From the IMG/VR virus record IMGVR_UViG_3300025030_000069: a DNA stretch of 64,000 nt; one strand, written 5' to 3'. Both the position numbers and the translations under genes were made by a program. This document shows positions 21,190-31,375 of this stretch, in pieces (position 1 is the stretch's first letter; every line of letters begins with the position of its first letter). The notes under the pieces were generated by a model. That model made no database searches. It saw only the letters and a program-made list of their open reading frames with translations, and was not told where the DNA came from. Origin of the DNA: an uncultured virus (IMG/VR IMGVR_UViG_3300025030_000069). Taxonomy: Duplodnaviria > Heunggongvirae > Uroviricota > Caudoviricetes > Crassvirales.

Positions 21190-21443
21190 CTTTTTTTAAC
21201 GAATTTATTATACCAATATTTTTTAGCTTCTTTAGATCTAGCACCATTAATAAATGCCCATCTAACTGCTTCTGCGGTATAAACATACGACGGAGAACTA
21301 ACAGTACGATTAAAAACATTCATTTCCTCTTCAATATAATCTTGAGAAGCTTTTTCTATCATTACTTCCATTCTTTTTTCTACAGATCCATGTAATCTCA
21401 TTCTTTTTTCCATGTTAAAGTCCAAAACAAAAATGCGATACAT
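21186..21443 (-). CDS. Hypothetical protein
   Basis: ORF, operon packing. Confidence 0.5.
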   Translation of the reverse strand: MYRIFVLDFNMEKRMRLHGSVEKRMEVMIEKASQDYIEEEMNVFNRTVSSPSYVYTAEAVRWAFINGARSKEAKKYWYNKFVKKR

Positions 21444-21556
21444 ATACTATAATAACCATCCGTTTGATAAACAACATTTATAAAAGGTAAACTAAAAGCA
21501 TACATTTTTAATTCACTATCACATTTTCTATTAAACCAGTTTTCAATTTCCATATT

Positions 21557-21814
21557 TTATATTTGATTTATACAGTAATAATCTACCCATACAGTAACTT
21601 TATAAGGTTTATTATTATGGTCTAATACTTCAAAAATTTTTAGCCATAAATTATTTTCATCTCCAACAGTAGAAGTTAATTCTTTCTGCAATCCTCCATA
21701 ATACTCATTAATCATTTGTTCAACAAATTTGGAAGATTCTGCAATACCAATAACACATCTTTCTTTATCAGAATGATCAAATTCTTGGATTAACAGTAAC
21801 ATATTATTTTTCAT
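21557..21814 (-). CDS. Hypothetical protein
   Basis: ORF, operon packing. Confidence 0.55.
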   Translation of the reverse strand: MKNNMLLLIQEFDHSDKERCVIGIAESSKFVEQMINEYYGGLQKELTSTVGDENNLWLKIFEVLDHNNKPYKVTVWVDYYCINQI

Positions 21815-21985
21815 TTTCTATATTTATTATTTGATTTTGAGAATCATATATTATATTTTTAAATTTTAAATCATATAATTCTTGTTCAGATTCATATATA
21901 AACTGCATAAAATCTGCAACATCTTCTTTAGTTTCAAATGTAATTAATAGTGTTGTGTTGTCTTTTTCTGACATTATTTTTATTA

Positions 21986-22549
21986 TTATATATAATTAAG
22001 TTTTTTTTCTTCTATAGCGTCTCTTATTTTCATTGATTCATTAAAAATTTCATAATCTGAATTCCAAACACTGCTTGCTTCTAATTCTCTTGAAACATTA
22101 CATCCTAATCTTTCTTCTAAAGCCAAATAAACTTTTTCTTGTTTAAAAAGAACACCGCATAAAGGAGAATTTGGAGTTAATTTAAATGTTGTAATAATAG
22201 TTTGTTTATATAAATCACTAAATGTTGAATATTTACTTTTAAGAAATCTATTGTAATCCTTTTGCCATTTTTCTGGCACGTGAAATACAAACATTACAGT
22301 ATATTTATCAGGATCATAAGTTTTTACAAATAAATTACTATTTTTTAATTTTTCTTCGAGTTTTAAAAACTCAGTACCATTAAATTTATATTGTAAAAAT
22401 ATATGATTATTAAATTCAGGATAATCTTTATCTCCTATATAAACACCAATCAAATTAGTCATAATATCACTCGTCACATCAACTATCATAGGAAAGACAT
22501 ATGTCAAACTTTTGTTAGTTCTCATACTTATTGCTTTTACATCACTCAT
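21986..22549 (-). CDS. Hypothetical phage protein
   Basis: 187-aa ORF with its own promoter at 22572-22603. Confidence 0.7.
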   Translation of the reverse strand: MSDVKAISMRTNKSLTYVFPMIVDVTSDIMTNLIGVYIGDKDYPEFNNHIFLQYKFNGTEFLKLEEKLKNSNLFVKTYDPDKYTVMFVFHVPEKWQKDYNRFLKSKYSTFSDLYKQTIITTFKLTPNSPLCGVLFKQEKVYLALEERLGCNVSRELEASSVWNSDYEIFNESMKIRDAIEEKKLNYI

Positions 22550-22571
22550 CGTTTAAAACTTATTAATTTTA

Positions 22572-22603
22572 CAAAATTAATAAAAATAATTTGATTATAC
22601 AAA
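22572..22603 (-). promoter_or_regulatory. Bacteroidota-type sigma-A promoter
   Basis: Minus strand reads TTTG-N20-TAATTTTG. Confidence 0.6.
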
Positions 22604-23580
22604 TATATTTAAGTTAAATTCATTATTATAATATTCATAAGGATAACACCAATTATCAGTTTGGATATGCCATTTTAAATCTTTTATCAGTTCTGCAAAT
22701 CCTTTGATTCTATCTCCATTTTTATTTTTTCCACCAAATTCACCTCTAATTAGATCAAATGAACTAACATTAAATAGATAAGGAGGATGAATATTAGCCA
22801 TTTCAGCTACTAAGAATTGAAAAGGCAAAATAGTATAATTGCTGCAATCTCTAAATATAGAATTGGCTTTAGCCCAATATAAAGATTTTGAATAGAAAGA
22901 AGCTTGTAAATAGTATTTCCAGTATTCATAAGATTGAGAAAACTCTAATATTGATTTACTTGTTGTTTTAATGTCTATTGGTTGAATTGTTTTAGTATTA
23001 TGATTTACTTCTATAATATCCAATAAAGATTTACAATCAGTATTTTCGTATTTCCAAAGTATAGCAACTTGATAATAAATATCAATATTTTCTTCTTTAT
23101 TAAAATATTGAGGGAATTTATTTTTAATAGCACTAACCACCTCTTTGCACTGTGAAAATTCATTAAATGTCAAAATTATTTTATCTTTGCTTAAAGTAAG
23201 TGCCTCGTGATAATTGCTACCTTCTTTTAGATACTTTTCCTTCACTTTATCAGCAGATAACTTATAACCTGATACTATATATGCTTCTTCGTGATTATTG
23301 GTTCCTACTAAAGTTTCTATATATTTACACATCATCTCTGAATCAGGTTTATGTGCAGTCATTATATAAAAATTATCATAGAAACTATTTTCATCTGTAA
23401 GAAGTATATAACACAACTTCCAAGATTCATTGCAGATGTACTTTTTTTATCTTCAGGATTATCTAAGTTTTTCTTATATAATAAAGGTGAATAAGCAAGT
23501 TTTGATAATCCACTATAATTTATTCCAGGTGCTTGTCTGTATGTCTCTACACTTGTTTTTATTTTTTCTTTAATTTCCAC
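22595..23580 (-). pseudogene. PD-(D/E)xK exonuclease (RecE/ExoVIII, DUF3799-like) split by a 1-nt frameshift
   Basis: N-terminal part: INYSGLSKL...AMNLGSCV. C-terminal part: ILLTD...KSLLDI...IDIKTT...YYLQASFY. Adding one G at about 23409 (gtt[g]atata) gives GSCVDILLTD. Confidence 0.7.
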
Positions 23581-23767
23581 TTATAAAAATTTTTAAAGTT
23601 CTACCGCTATCTTGAAAATCTAATTTAATAGTTTCAAAACTACATCCCTCTACTTTTTTATAGAGAGTTACTACTCTTCCAACAGAATAATTATTTTTTG
23701 CATGATTAATTACTTCAAATCTTGTAATTTTATCAAGTTTTTCTTGAATTGTTTCTTTAATTTCCAT
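23570..23767 (-). CDS. Hypothetical protein
   Basis: Short ORF (ITRFEVINH...QDSGRTLKIF). Confidence 0.6.
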   Translation of the reverse strand: MEIKETIQEKLDKITRFEVINHAKNNYSVGRVVTLYKKVEGCSFETIKLDFQDSGRTLKIFISGN

Positions 23768-23898
23768 TTAATTAATTTAAATTAAAAATTAAGGGCTTCG
23801 CACCCTATTGTGGGTTGAACTTTTTTATCTAGAATGTAGGATTCTACAACTGATTCGTCATCAATATCCCCATAACCAACCTACAGGTTTTAAATATT

Positions 23899-24222
23899 TT
23901 AGAACTGTGGTGTTAAATCAAAATCTTCTACTCTGGGAGTAGTAACTATCACTATAGGTACATCTGTTACTGTAGGTGTAGCTATAGTTTTAGTAACATC
24001 ATCTACTAATTGAAAAGGAAAATCTGCTTTATGAGTAGTTCTTTTACCTTTAAGTACAGGAGTATTAAAAAGAGTTTTTAATTGTCCCGGAGTTAATTGA
24101 TATTTCTCACTAATTGATTGTCCTGTACCTTTATATCTTTTAGATTTAGGTGTACGAGTATAACCTGCATTAAGGTCATTAATAATTGAACTTGTTGTTA
24201 CTACTAGTTTTTCTGTTGTCAT
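23899..24222 (-). CDS. Hypothetical protein at the end of the Ubl operon
   Basis: ORF 10 nt downstream of the 279-aa gene. Confidence 0.65.
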   Translation of the reverse strand: MTTEKLVVTTSSIINDLNAGYTRTPKSKRYKGTGQSISEKYQLTPGQLKTLFNTPVLKGKRTTHKADFPFQLVDDVTKTIATPTVTDVPIVIVTTPRVEDFDLTPQF

Positions 24223-24232
24223 TTTTATTTTT

Positions 24233-25072
24233 TTAAGTTGTTAATAAAGATTCTTTTTGTTTACTCTGTATAAATTCCCTACCTATCTTATTAAACCATT
24301 CTTTATGCTCTTTTATATCTTCAAAGATAGGAATTTGATTATGTAGTATTAATTCGTTTATAAAATTACCTGATTTAGAAACAATATTAATACCATGTTC
24401 TTGTATAGGTTTTTTAATAAATTTTCTATATCTCGATCTTAACTTATTATATAATGAATTCGTAATATCAAAATTATCATTTACCCATAATTCAATAGTA
24501 TCAGGATTAACAGGCTTTTGTAATATGCAACTTAGTTTTAAATAAGGTACATATTTAGGTCTTGTTACCATACATACTAAAGGAGTTAGTACACGAGTAC
24601 TATTATCATAAACCCCTATAAAATAAGAACCTATAATATAACGTAATATTCCATCGGAAGAAAATCCATGAAAATATGAAGATAAGAAAAAATTATTAAT
24701 TGCATCAGAATAAGTAAGTGTACTTCTTCTAATAAATGAATCAGGAAAATAATAAATAAATGGTTGAGTTATCCATTGTCTTATTGATTCTTTTATTTCT
24801 GAATTAGTACATGTAGATTTATAACTAATATAATTTTTAATACATTCGGGTATTCCTTCTTTAAATAACTGATAGTTAGTAAAATCAAATATTTTAAATT
24901 CATGGGGAATATTTAAGGCAAATAATGGAATAAATTCTTTATTATTAGAACCTAATAAAGATACCTCATTATTTTTCATTAACAATTGTCTATCTCCCCA
25001 ACGACGTAAATGATATTTTTCAATATCAAATAAAAGAAAAGGTTTTTTAATAATTTCTTTTTTCTTTTTCAT
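24233..25072 (-). CDS. Hypothetical protein immediately downstream of E1 (possible accessory or specificity factor)
   Basis: Starts 3 nt after the E1 stop. Confidence 0.65.
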   Translation of the reverse strand: MKKKKEIIKKPFLLFDIEKYHLRRWGDRQLLMKNNEVSLLGSNNKEFIPLFALNIPHEFKIFDFTNYQLFKEGIPECIKNYISYKSTCTNSEIKESIRQWITQPFIYYFPDSFIRRSTLTYSDAINNFFLSSYFHGFSSDGILRYIIGSYFIGVYDNSTRVLTPLVCMVTRPKYVPYLKLSCILQKPVNPDTIELWVNDNFDITNSLYNKLRSRYRKFIKKPIQEHGINIVSKSGNFINELILHNQIPIFEDIKEHKEWFNKIGREFIQSKQKESLLTT

Positions 25073-25075
25073 AAA

Positions 25076-25789
25076 TTAATTTTTTGTTTCCCAAGACATT
25101 GAAGCATATTCTTTAATAATTCTAAAAGGAATTACTCTTATATTTTCTTTAGTTATTTTATTTGCCATATAATTATTAAATAAACCAACCATATCAGAAG
25201 CTATACCTGCTGCACAAAAAGTAGTAGATTTAAAACCACAAGGAGCTTCAGGAATCTCAGAATCATCATACAATTCTTTTCTATAATCTTCTATTCTGTC
25301 TGGAGTTACTGCATAAATTGCATAGCATTCACTTAATAAACGTCCGTCAATAAATAATTCTTTGTTTTTATAATTACACCATTTTTCAAACATAACTTTT
25401 CTTGCTTTCATGTTATCAAAACAAGAAAAAACTATAGGATTTGAAGGTGAAGAGTCGTTGTATTCTAAAAAAGTATTGACATTTAAATCACTCTTACAAA
25501 ATTGATCGAGAATAAGTAATTGACGCATAGCTAAAGCTTTATTAACACCAAAAGAGGCAGTATTACAAAATTGTGCTCCGGCATTATGTTCTTCATACAT
25601 ATCCATATCAAATAGATAAAGATTACATTCTTGTCTTCCTAGGAATAATGACACCCACGATCCAATACCTCCAATACCTCCTATTATAACATCAATACCA
25701 GGTATAAACCAAGGAGCTGTTTTAAATCTTGATGATCTTGCATTAACAGTTGCTAAATCAATTGGTTCTACATTTATTATTTCTTCCAT
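25076..25789 (-). CDS. ThiF/E1-like ubiquitin-like-protein activating enzyme
   Basis: Nucleotide-binding GGIGGIGS, FDMD...HN...Q, NKA, CFDNMKAR, FIDGR, and a candidate catalytic Cys in EAPCGFK. Confidence 0.9.
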   Translation of the reverse strand: MEEIINVEPIDLATVNARSSRFKTAPWFIPGIDVIIGGIGGIGSWVSLFLGRQECNLYLFDMDMYEEHNAGAQFCNTASFGVNKALAMRQLLILDQFCKSDLNVNTFLEYNDSSPSNPIVFSCFDNMKARKVMFEKWCNYKNKELFIDGRLLSECYAIYAVTPDRIEDYRKELYDDSEIPEAPCGFKSTTFCAAGIASDMVGLFNNYMANKITKENIRVIPFRIIKEYASMSWETKN

Positions 25790-25790
25790 A

Positions 25791-27394
25791 TTAGTAATTT
25801 ATAAGTGAAACATCAATATAATTATCAAACACTATTAACAAATCTATTTTAAATTCGTTATCGTCTTTACTTGAATCTGCAAAAGATAAAACTTTATCTT
25901 TTAGTAAAAGAGAAAACTGCTCAACATTTTCTGGCCTATCTTTAAATTTACTTTCATATAAGTCTAAATAGTTTTCATTTAAGTGATCAATATAGTCTTG
26001 TTTTTTCAAAACAGTTAATTTAGAATAATTTTCTGTTACAAAATTTATAATTTCTTTTACAGTTTTTGCATTAGATTTTTTAGAAAAAAGAAATTCTTTT
26101 AGAAAATCTTCCACTTCTATATCTGAAAATTCAACAATAGATTTAGTAGCAGAATATTGTGAAAACATTGAAGTTTGCTGACCAGCAGAATACTGTTCAT
26201 CATATTCATTATTAAAACCATGATAATCACGATTGTATGTATAAGTATCTACTTTTTTCTTTTTTCTTTCAGTAAGATTTTCTAATTGTATTTGAAATGG
26301 AGATTTAGAAATACCAATAGGTTTAACAATATTTAAATCTATTACATAAATAACATCTTCTTCTTTTTCAACATTATTAGATATAATATTTTCAAATAAT
26401 TGTTTAATACCTTTAACACTTAAAGATACAGTTCCGCTACTTTTTCTTTTACCCATTACACATAGTCTTGCTACATATTCTCCACTAAAATTAACTATAA
26501 GAGATAGATAGTACGCATGATGTTTAGTAAACTCTCTAAGATTATTTTCATCTGTTCCACTCCAAAAAGCTTTCATAGAATGATGCGTCAATTTTATTAT
26601 CGTAGTTTTTTTAATTACTACATCTTAATTTTGTATTCTTTCTAAAAATTTATTATATTTACGTTTAAGATAAAACCTTTGATTTTTATAAATAGAAAAG
26701 AATTTGTTACATAAATTTTTTAAGTTATATATTAAGTTTAGACTATATCATCTACCTAATTAGGTAGTTGGATGCTCTTGGAAATATTATATTCTAATAA
26801 TAAAAATAGGATTGGTTTTTCATCTCCCAATTTGGTGAATTTTGCGTTCTTTTGTATACAAAGTTTCCACCTATTTTATTATTAGTTTCAATTTCTAGTC
26901 GTTGAACCTTCAAAGAAATTTTATTTTCTAAGCTAGGCTGCTGATTGTCCTCTTCAGGAGTTTCCAGCAATTCTTCCAATTATTCATCTATAGATTACTC
27001 TATAGAGCCACTAACATCAATGGATTAATCCCATCCTCCAATTTTCTTCAAGTATTTGCGGATAAATATCAAATACATCCGTAATAGTTTTTTCTAATTC
27101 ATATTCGGTATATGTTTCAGAACCAATATCCATTGGATATAACGCTTTAGCAGATATTTTTAATTCTTCATTGCCAAATGTATCTCCTTCATCAATAGTA
27201 AATAAAAGTATTCCTGACCATTCTTTATTTCCAACATATTGATGAAAATCATCAATTTGTTGTTGAAGATTTTCAGTTAATGTTAATGTACCTTTTTTTT
27301 CAGCTAATATTAACGGGCAAAATTTGAAATCTTTTGTTACACTATTTATTTCGGCTCCACTTTTTACAAGTTTAAGTTTTTTTTTATTTGCCAT
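25791..27394 (-). CDS. JAB/MPN+ (JAMM) metalloprotease, two exons (27020-27394 and 25791-26588)
   Basis: Exon 1 contains EWSGIL and ends GLIH. Exon 2 begins THHSMKAFWSGTD. Splicing gives E...HTH-x7-S-x2-D. Confidence 0.88.
26589..27019 (-). ncRNA. Group I self-splicing intron (431 nt) in the JAB gene
   Basis: 5' splice after U (ccaU/Gtgg P1). Core elements aattgctggaaa...aatcagcagcc...ggttcaacgacta...gatatagtct. Terminal G before acg cat cat. Confidence 0.9.
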
Positions 27395-28472
27395 ATTTTA
27401 ATTTAAAATAGTAATTTATATCATTTGTTAATTTATCTACAATAAAGTTAGTTATTTGAGGATGAACAACCCTAATAGAGTTATCTTTAATGTCTTTAGT
27501 ATATTCTTCTATTACTAAACAAGTATCTTTTCCTTTAAATTTAAATGAAAAAGGCACATCAGAATTAAGTAAAGCGATTTCTTTATTAATAGTGTCTTTA
27601 TCTAAAATATTAGAAAAATACTTTCCTGACGAAGACTTATATACCATTGGAAAAGAAGGATGATAGAAAGTTATTAATTTTTCAAGTTCATCAAATGAAA
27701 CCGTTATTATATCTTTTACTTGATTATAAAAACAATTAAAAGTACTTGTATTACAAATAAAATCTATATAATAAATATCTAATATATTATTATCTATATC
27801 AAAGTTTATATCCTTCTGAGAAAAACAAATATTTTCCATCTTAATATGAGGTACTCCTTCAAGACTTTCCCATCTAACATAAACTTCAAGCATATATAAA
27901 AACTGTTCAAGTCTTTCTTGTATAAATGGAATACTATTATCTATTAAATCTGCTCTAAGAATATCTATTTCGGTACCTATACCCAAACAAAAATTTGAAA
28001 AAGAATCAAAACTAAATGAAGGTAAATGACTATGAGAATAACCACTTTTAAATTCATTATATGTTAATTTACCTCTAAATCCTTCAATTTTAAACATTTT
28101 AGAAAATTTCATATCAGTATCACAACATATTCTTACATATAAGTCCTTTATAGTATGAGATAAATCATTACTATTTACAATGGTTATTAAAGGAAATTTA
28201 ACGTAAATAATTACTAAGTTGTCAATATCATTATATTGTAACTCCCAATTATCAGGAAAAATAACTTGTAAAGATTCTTTTACCAATTTAATATTTTCTA
28301 AATTAAATTTAGAGTTTTCGATTGAAGGTTCTTCAATTGAAACAGGTAAAACTTCACTTACAGATTCAAAAGCAAGAACTGGACTAATAGTACTAAAAGA
28401 AGAAATATCAACATAAGAACTTATAGTAGAAGAAAAATCTTCACGTAAACCCGTAATTTCAAGGTGATTCAT
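27384..28472 (-). CDS. Putative prokaryotic E2-like conjugating enzyme
   Basis: YSHSHLP...NFCLG resembles the E2 HP..-C-L active-site segment. The gene lies between Ubl and JAB/E1. Confidence 0.6.
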   Translation of the reverse strand: MNHLEITGLREDFSSTISSYVDISSFSTISPVLAFESVSEVLPVSIEEPSIENSKFNLENIKLVKESLQVIFPDNWELQYNDIDNLVIIYVKFPLITIVNSNDLSHTIKDLYVRICCDTDMKFSKMFKIEGFRGKLTYNEFKSGYSHSHLPSFSFDSFSNFCLGIGTEIDILRADLIDNSIPFIQERLEQFLYMLEVYVRWESLEGVPHIKMENICFSQKDINFDIDNNILDIYYIDFICNTSTFNCFYNQVKDIITVSFDELEKLITFYHPSFPMVYKSSSGKYFSNILDKDTINKEIALLNSDVPFSFKFKGKDTCLVIEEYTKDIKDNSIRVVHPQITNFIVDKLTNDINYYFKLKYGK

Positions 28473-28493
28473 ATTTAAATTAGATTATAAAAT

Positions 28494-28518
28494 AAAAAAA
28501 GGGGGTATTGCTACCCCC
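28494..28518 (-). terminator. Intrinsic terminator after the Ubl gene
   Basis: gggggta-gcaa-taccccc followed by T7 on the minus strand. Confidence 0.85.
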
Positions 28519-28538
28519 TATTCTTTATTTTAGATTAA

Positions 28539-28937
28539 TTAAAAACCCAGACTTTTTGCTTCATCAGCAAAACCTCCTTCAACAACATCATCATCTTCAT
28601 CATCTTCATCATCTACTGACGCTACTACATCTTCAATTGTTTCATTAAAAATTTCATTAATAGCATCTCTCATTCCAATTAAAGTTTCAGCAAAATCAAA
28701 ATTGTCAGATAATCCTGAACCAATTTTACCATTAGGCCCTATAAATAGAGTAAGCAAATCAAACCCTGTAGGAAAAGGAGTATCTAAACTTTCAAGTACT
28801 GTTTGATTTTCTCTAATTACTATTCTTTTACCTTGAAAATCTATTCCAATTTCTTTAGAGAAGTCTCTTAAATTAACTGAAGATGTTTCATAGGTAATAA
28901 TATCTGATGTTGCTGTGTTATAAGTTTTAATACGCAT
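28539..28937 (-). CDS. Putative ubiquitin-like (beta-grasp) protein with an acidic C-terminal extension
   Basis: About 75 aa with a beta-beta-alpha-beta pattern ending ...LTLFIGPNGKIGSG, then an acidic tail. First gene before E2/JAB/E1. Confidence 0.6.
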   Translation of the reverse strand: MRIKTYNTATSDIITYETSSVNLRDFSKEIGIDFQGKRIVIRENQTVLESLDTPFPTGFDLLTLFIGPNGKIGSGLSDNFDFAETLIGMRDAINEIFNETIEDVVASVDDEDDEDDDVVEGGFADEAKSLGF

Positions 28938-28950
28938 AATTTTTTATTGT

Positions 28951-29214
28951 TTAATTAGTTAATATGTTTAATTGATTTTCATATTCTTCGAGAAATTCAC
29001 TGTAAATTTCACGAATTTTGTTTAAAATGTACAACTCTTCTTTTATTATAATGAAATCCTGAACTGGTGTATGAATATTAAATTCTAATACATTTATTTC
29101 AGTTTCATCTAATTTATCAAAGAGTAATTGTCTTATGTAATCTGGTGAACCTTTTAGTTCATCCTCTGTTAAAATTGTTTTAAGTTTTTCTTTTAATTTA
29201 TCATTAATTTGCAT
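28951..29214 (-). CDS. Hypothetical protein
   Basis: ORF between the resolvase and Ubl. Confidence 0.6.
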   Translation of the reverse strand: MQINDKLKEKLKTILTEDELKGSPDYIRQLLFDKLDETEINVLEFNIHTPVQDFIIIKEELYILNKIREIYSEFLEEYENQLNILTN

Positions 29215-29224
29215 TTTTTTAAAG

Positions 29225-29683
29225 TTAATAAATTAATTCTATATAAACACCTGGATTATTTTTATCCACGTTATAATACTTATCTTTCATTTTTAAAGGA
29301 AATGGTAAAACATATTTCATGGAATCATTTACTATTAAATTATGAGCAGTCATTAAGTCTAATAAAATTTGATTAGCATTATTGAAATCAAATTCTGCTT
29401 TAGTTTTTCTAATAAAATGAAATTGCAAAATAATAGGATATTCACTTATTGTTATTTTAGGAAAATCGTTTAGATTATGTAAAAATAAATTAGGCTTATT
29501 TATATCTTTATATCCTTTAACAAATTTTTTAGATGCGTTATAACCTTGAATATTTAACGATCTTAAATAATTAACTACTGTCTTAGATGGAAATATTCCT
29601 CTTGAAGTTTTAATTTTACTATTTTTTAACGAAGGTACATTACCAGGAATCCACCAAATTGCTTCATTATTTGTAACTCTCAT
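29225..29683 (-). CDS. RusA-like Holliday junction resolvase
   Basis: IPGNVPSLKN...FDFNNANQILLDLM...NDS pattern, next to primase. Confidence 0.6.
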   Translation of the reverse strand: MRVTNNEAIWWIPGNVPSLKNSKIKTSRGIFPSKTVVNYLRSLNIQGYNASKKFVKGYKDINKPNLFLHNLNDFPKITISEYPIILQFHFIRKTKAEFDFNNANQILLDLMTAHNLIVNDSMKYVLPFPLKMKDKYYNVDKNNPGVYIELIY

Positions 29684-30684
29684 CTTACATTTGTTATTAA
29701 TTTAGCTATCATTATTAGTAATTCTTCTTTACTTTTTAATTTACAGTAATCAGATGGATCTTTAGGACAATCTAATGGAAAATAAATATATGGTATTTTA
29801 TACAAATTTGATTGATATTCAGCAGCTCTTAAACCAGGTAAATCATTATTAAGAAACAGTATTAATTTTTTAAATCTCTTTTTTAATTTAATTATAAGCT
29901 TTTCACTGATTGTAGTATTCTCTGATTGACTAGCTGTTGCCATATATCCAATTGAACGTAAACTCATTACATCTTTCAAAGAACTCGTAAGAAATAACAA
30001 ATCTCCATTATCATGTAATTGGTCGTATCCTTGTAAGATATTAGAATTGCAATTTGAAAGCCATTTCCAATTAGCATTTGCAGGTCTTAGTATCTTATAT
30101 TTATATCTACCAATTTCAGTATTACCAAAACAATAAGTAAAACACAACTCTTTCTTTGGTATTGCTATTACTTTTCCATTTAAATAATAATGACTTATTT
30201 CTTTAACTCTATATCTATTTAATAGCTCTTCATTAATACCATATTCATTCCAATAGTCTATACCTTTTTGTGTGAATTTAACAGGAACTATCCTTATTAT
30301 AGAAGAACTATTGATTTCTGAAGCAGTATTATTAGTTAATAAAGGTACTGAAACTTTCTTGATTTTTTCATTACCGTTTAATTCTAATTTAAAATCATCT
30401 GCTATTAATCTTAATGTGGAGTAGAAATCTAATCCGTATTTAGTTTGAATATAGTCAAAGCAAGTATAACAATCTCCTGTACCGAAGTCTTTATAGATAT
30501 ACCTACCACTTTCCATTTTCTTAATTGAACAAGTGGGATTTTTATCAGTCCTCAACTCACTACAAAACTTATTCTTACTTCCATCATATCCTTTAATATA
30601 GAATTTAAATATATCTTCTTCAGATACTCTTTTAAGAATATTTTCTACATTTAATATCCAATGTCCATTTGTAGTAAATCCCAT
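29680..30684 (-). CDS. dnaG: DNA primase (DnaG-like, TOPRIM)
   Basis: N-terminal Zn-binding-like region (CSELRTDKNPTC...YKDFG) and TOPRIM-like TSSLKDVM...SQSE...NNDLPG. Confidence 0.8.
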   Translation of the reverse strand: MGFTTNGHWILNVENILKRVSEEDIFKFYIKGYDGSKNKFCSELRTDKNPTCSIKKMESGRYIYKDFGTGDCYTCFDYIQTKYGLDFYSTLRLIADDFKLELNGNEKIKKVSVPLLTNNTASEINSSSIIRIVPVKFTQKGIDYWNEYGINEELLNRYRVKEISHYYLNGKVIAIPKKELCFTYCFGNTEIGRYKYKILRPANANWKWLSNCNSNILQGYDQLHDNGDLLFLTSSLKDVMSLRSIGYMATASQSENTTISEKLIIKLKKRFKKLILFLNNDLPGLRAAEYQSNLYKIPYIYFPLDCPKDPSDYCKLKSKEELLIMIAKLITNVR

Positions 30685-30780
30685 ATAATTTAATTTAAAT
30701 AAATAATAATCAGTATGCTTAGCAACTTAATCTAATTACACCAGACCTCTGATATATTATTTATACCATCTGCCTTTCAA

Positions 30781-31347
30781 TTACCAATTGGCAACTGCTT
30801 CACCATTAGAAGATGGAGTTTCTACTTCTGCAACAGGTAATTTTATCATATGCCATTTGTTATTAGGATCAAATTTCAATTTAGAAGGATTGGTATCAAG
30901 AGTTTCCATAAATCCAAAACTAGCAAGTTTGGCTTTAAACCAGTTTTGCTTTCCTTCTTTTCCTTTAATTTCTTCTCCAATAAACATCCAACGAGCTACT
31001 TTACCCGCAAATAATTTATTAACAGCAATTGCATATTCTTCTGCTGTCGGAGTATCAATAGCATTAAGTTGGTCTGTTACACCCCACTTTTCAGCCATAA
31101 TTGCTAATTTATTCTTTGTAGCGGGCCAAGCAGCTTCTGACATCCAAAATGTAGTTTCAGTTATTTTTCCTTCTCCATTCAAATCTGTTTCAGGTTTACC
31201 TTCATGAGTAATTATAATTCCCTCTGTACCTGAATTAGCTTTAATATATTCAATCTTTTTAATTTTTGCTTCTGCAATTCCTGGAGAAAGATATTTGTTT
31301 ACAAATTCTTTTTCTTCTGCCTTATGGCCATTAGTGCTAAATCCCAT
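30781..31347 (-). CDS. Putative single-stranded DNA-binding protein
   Basis: Between the Sak4-like ATPase and primase. Beta-rich, with a flexible tail ending in Trp. Confidence 0.45.
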   Translation of the reverse strand: MGFSTNGHKAEEKEFVNKYLSPGIAEAKIKKIEYIKANSGTEGIIITHEGKPETDLNGEGKITETTFWMSEAAWPATKNKLAIMAEKWGVTDQLNAIDTPTAEEYAIAVNKLFAGKVARWMFIGEEIKGKEGKQNWFKAKLASFGFMETLDTNPSKLKFDPNNKWHMIKLPVAEVETPSSNGEAVANW

Positions 31348-31375
31348 ATATTATTTTATTTTTTAATTAGTTATA

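Noticed and set aside
23790..23890. Possible structured RNA in the intergenic gap after the Ubl operon
   Set aside because: Only short helices (tgtaggttg/caacccaca and a small aggg/ccct hairpin). Most simply a terminator region; insufficient support for more.
26794..26979. 61-aa ORF (and likewise 42084..42353)
   Set aside because: These translate the conserved group I intron core (NQQPS/KVQRL and QSAAK/KVQRL); they are not proteins.
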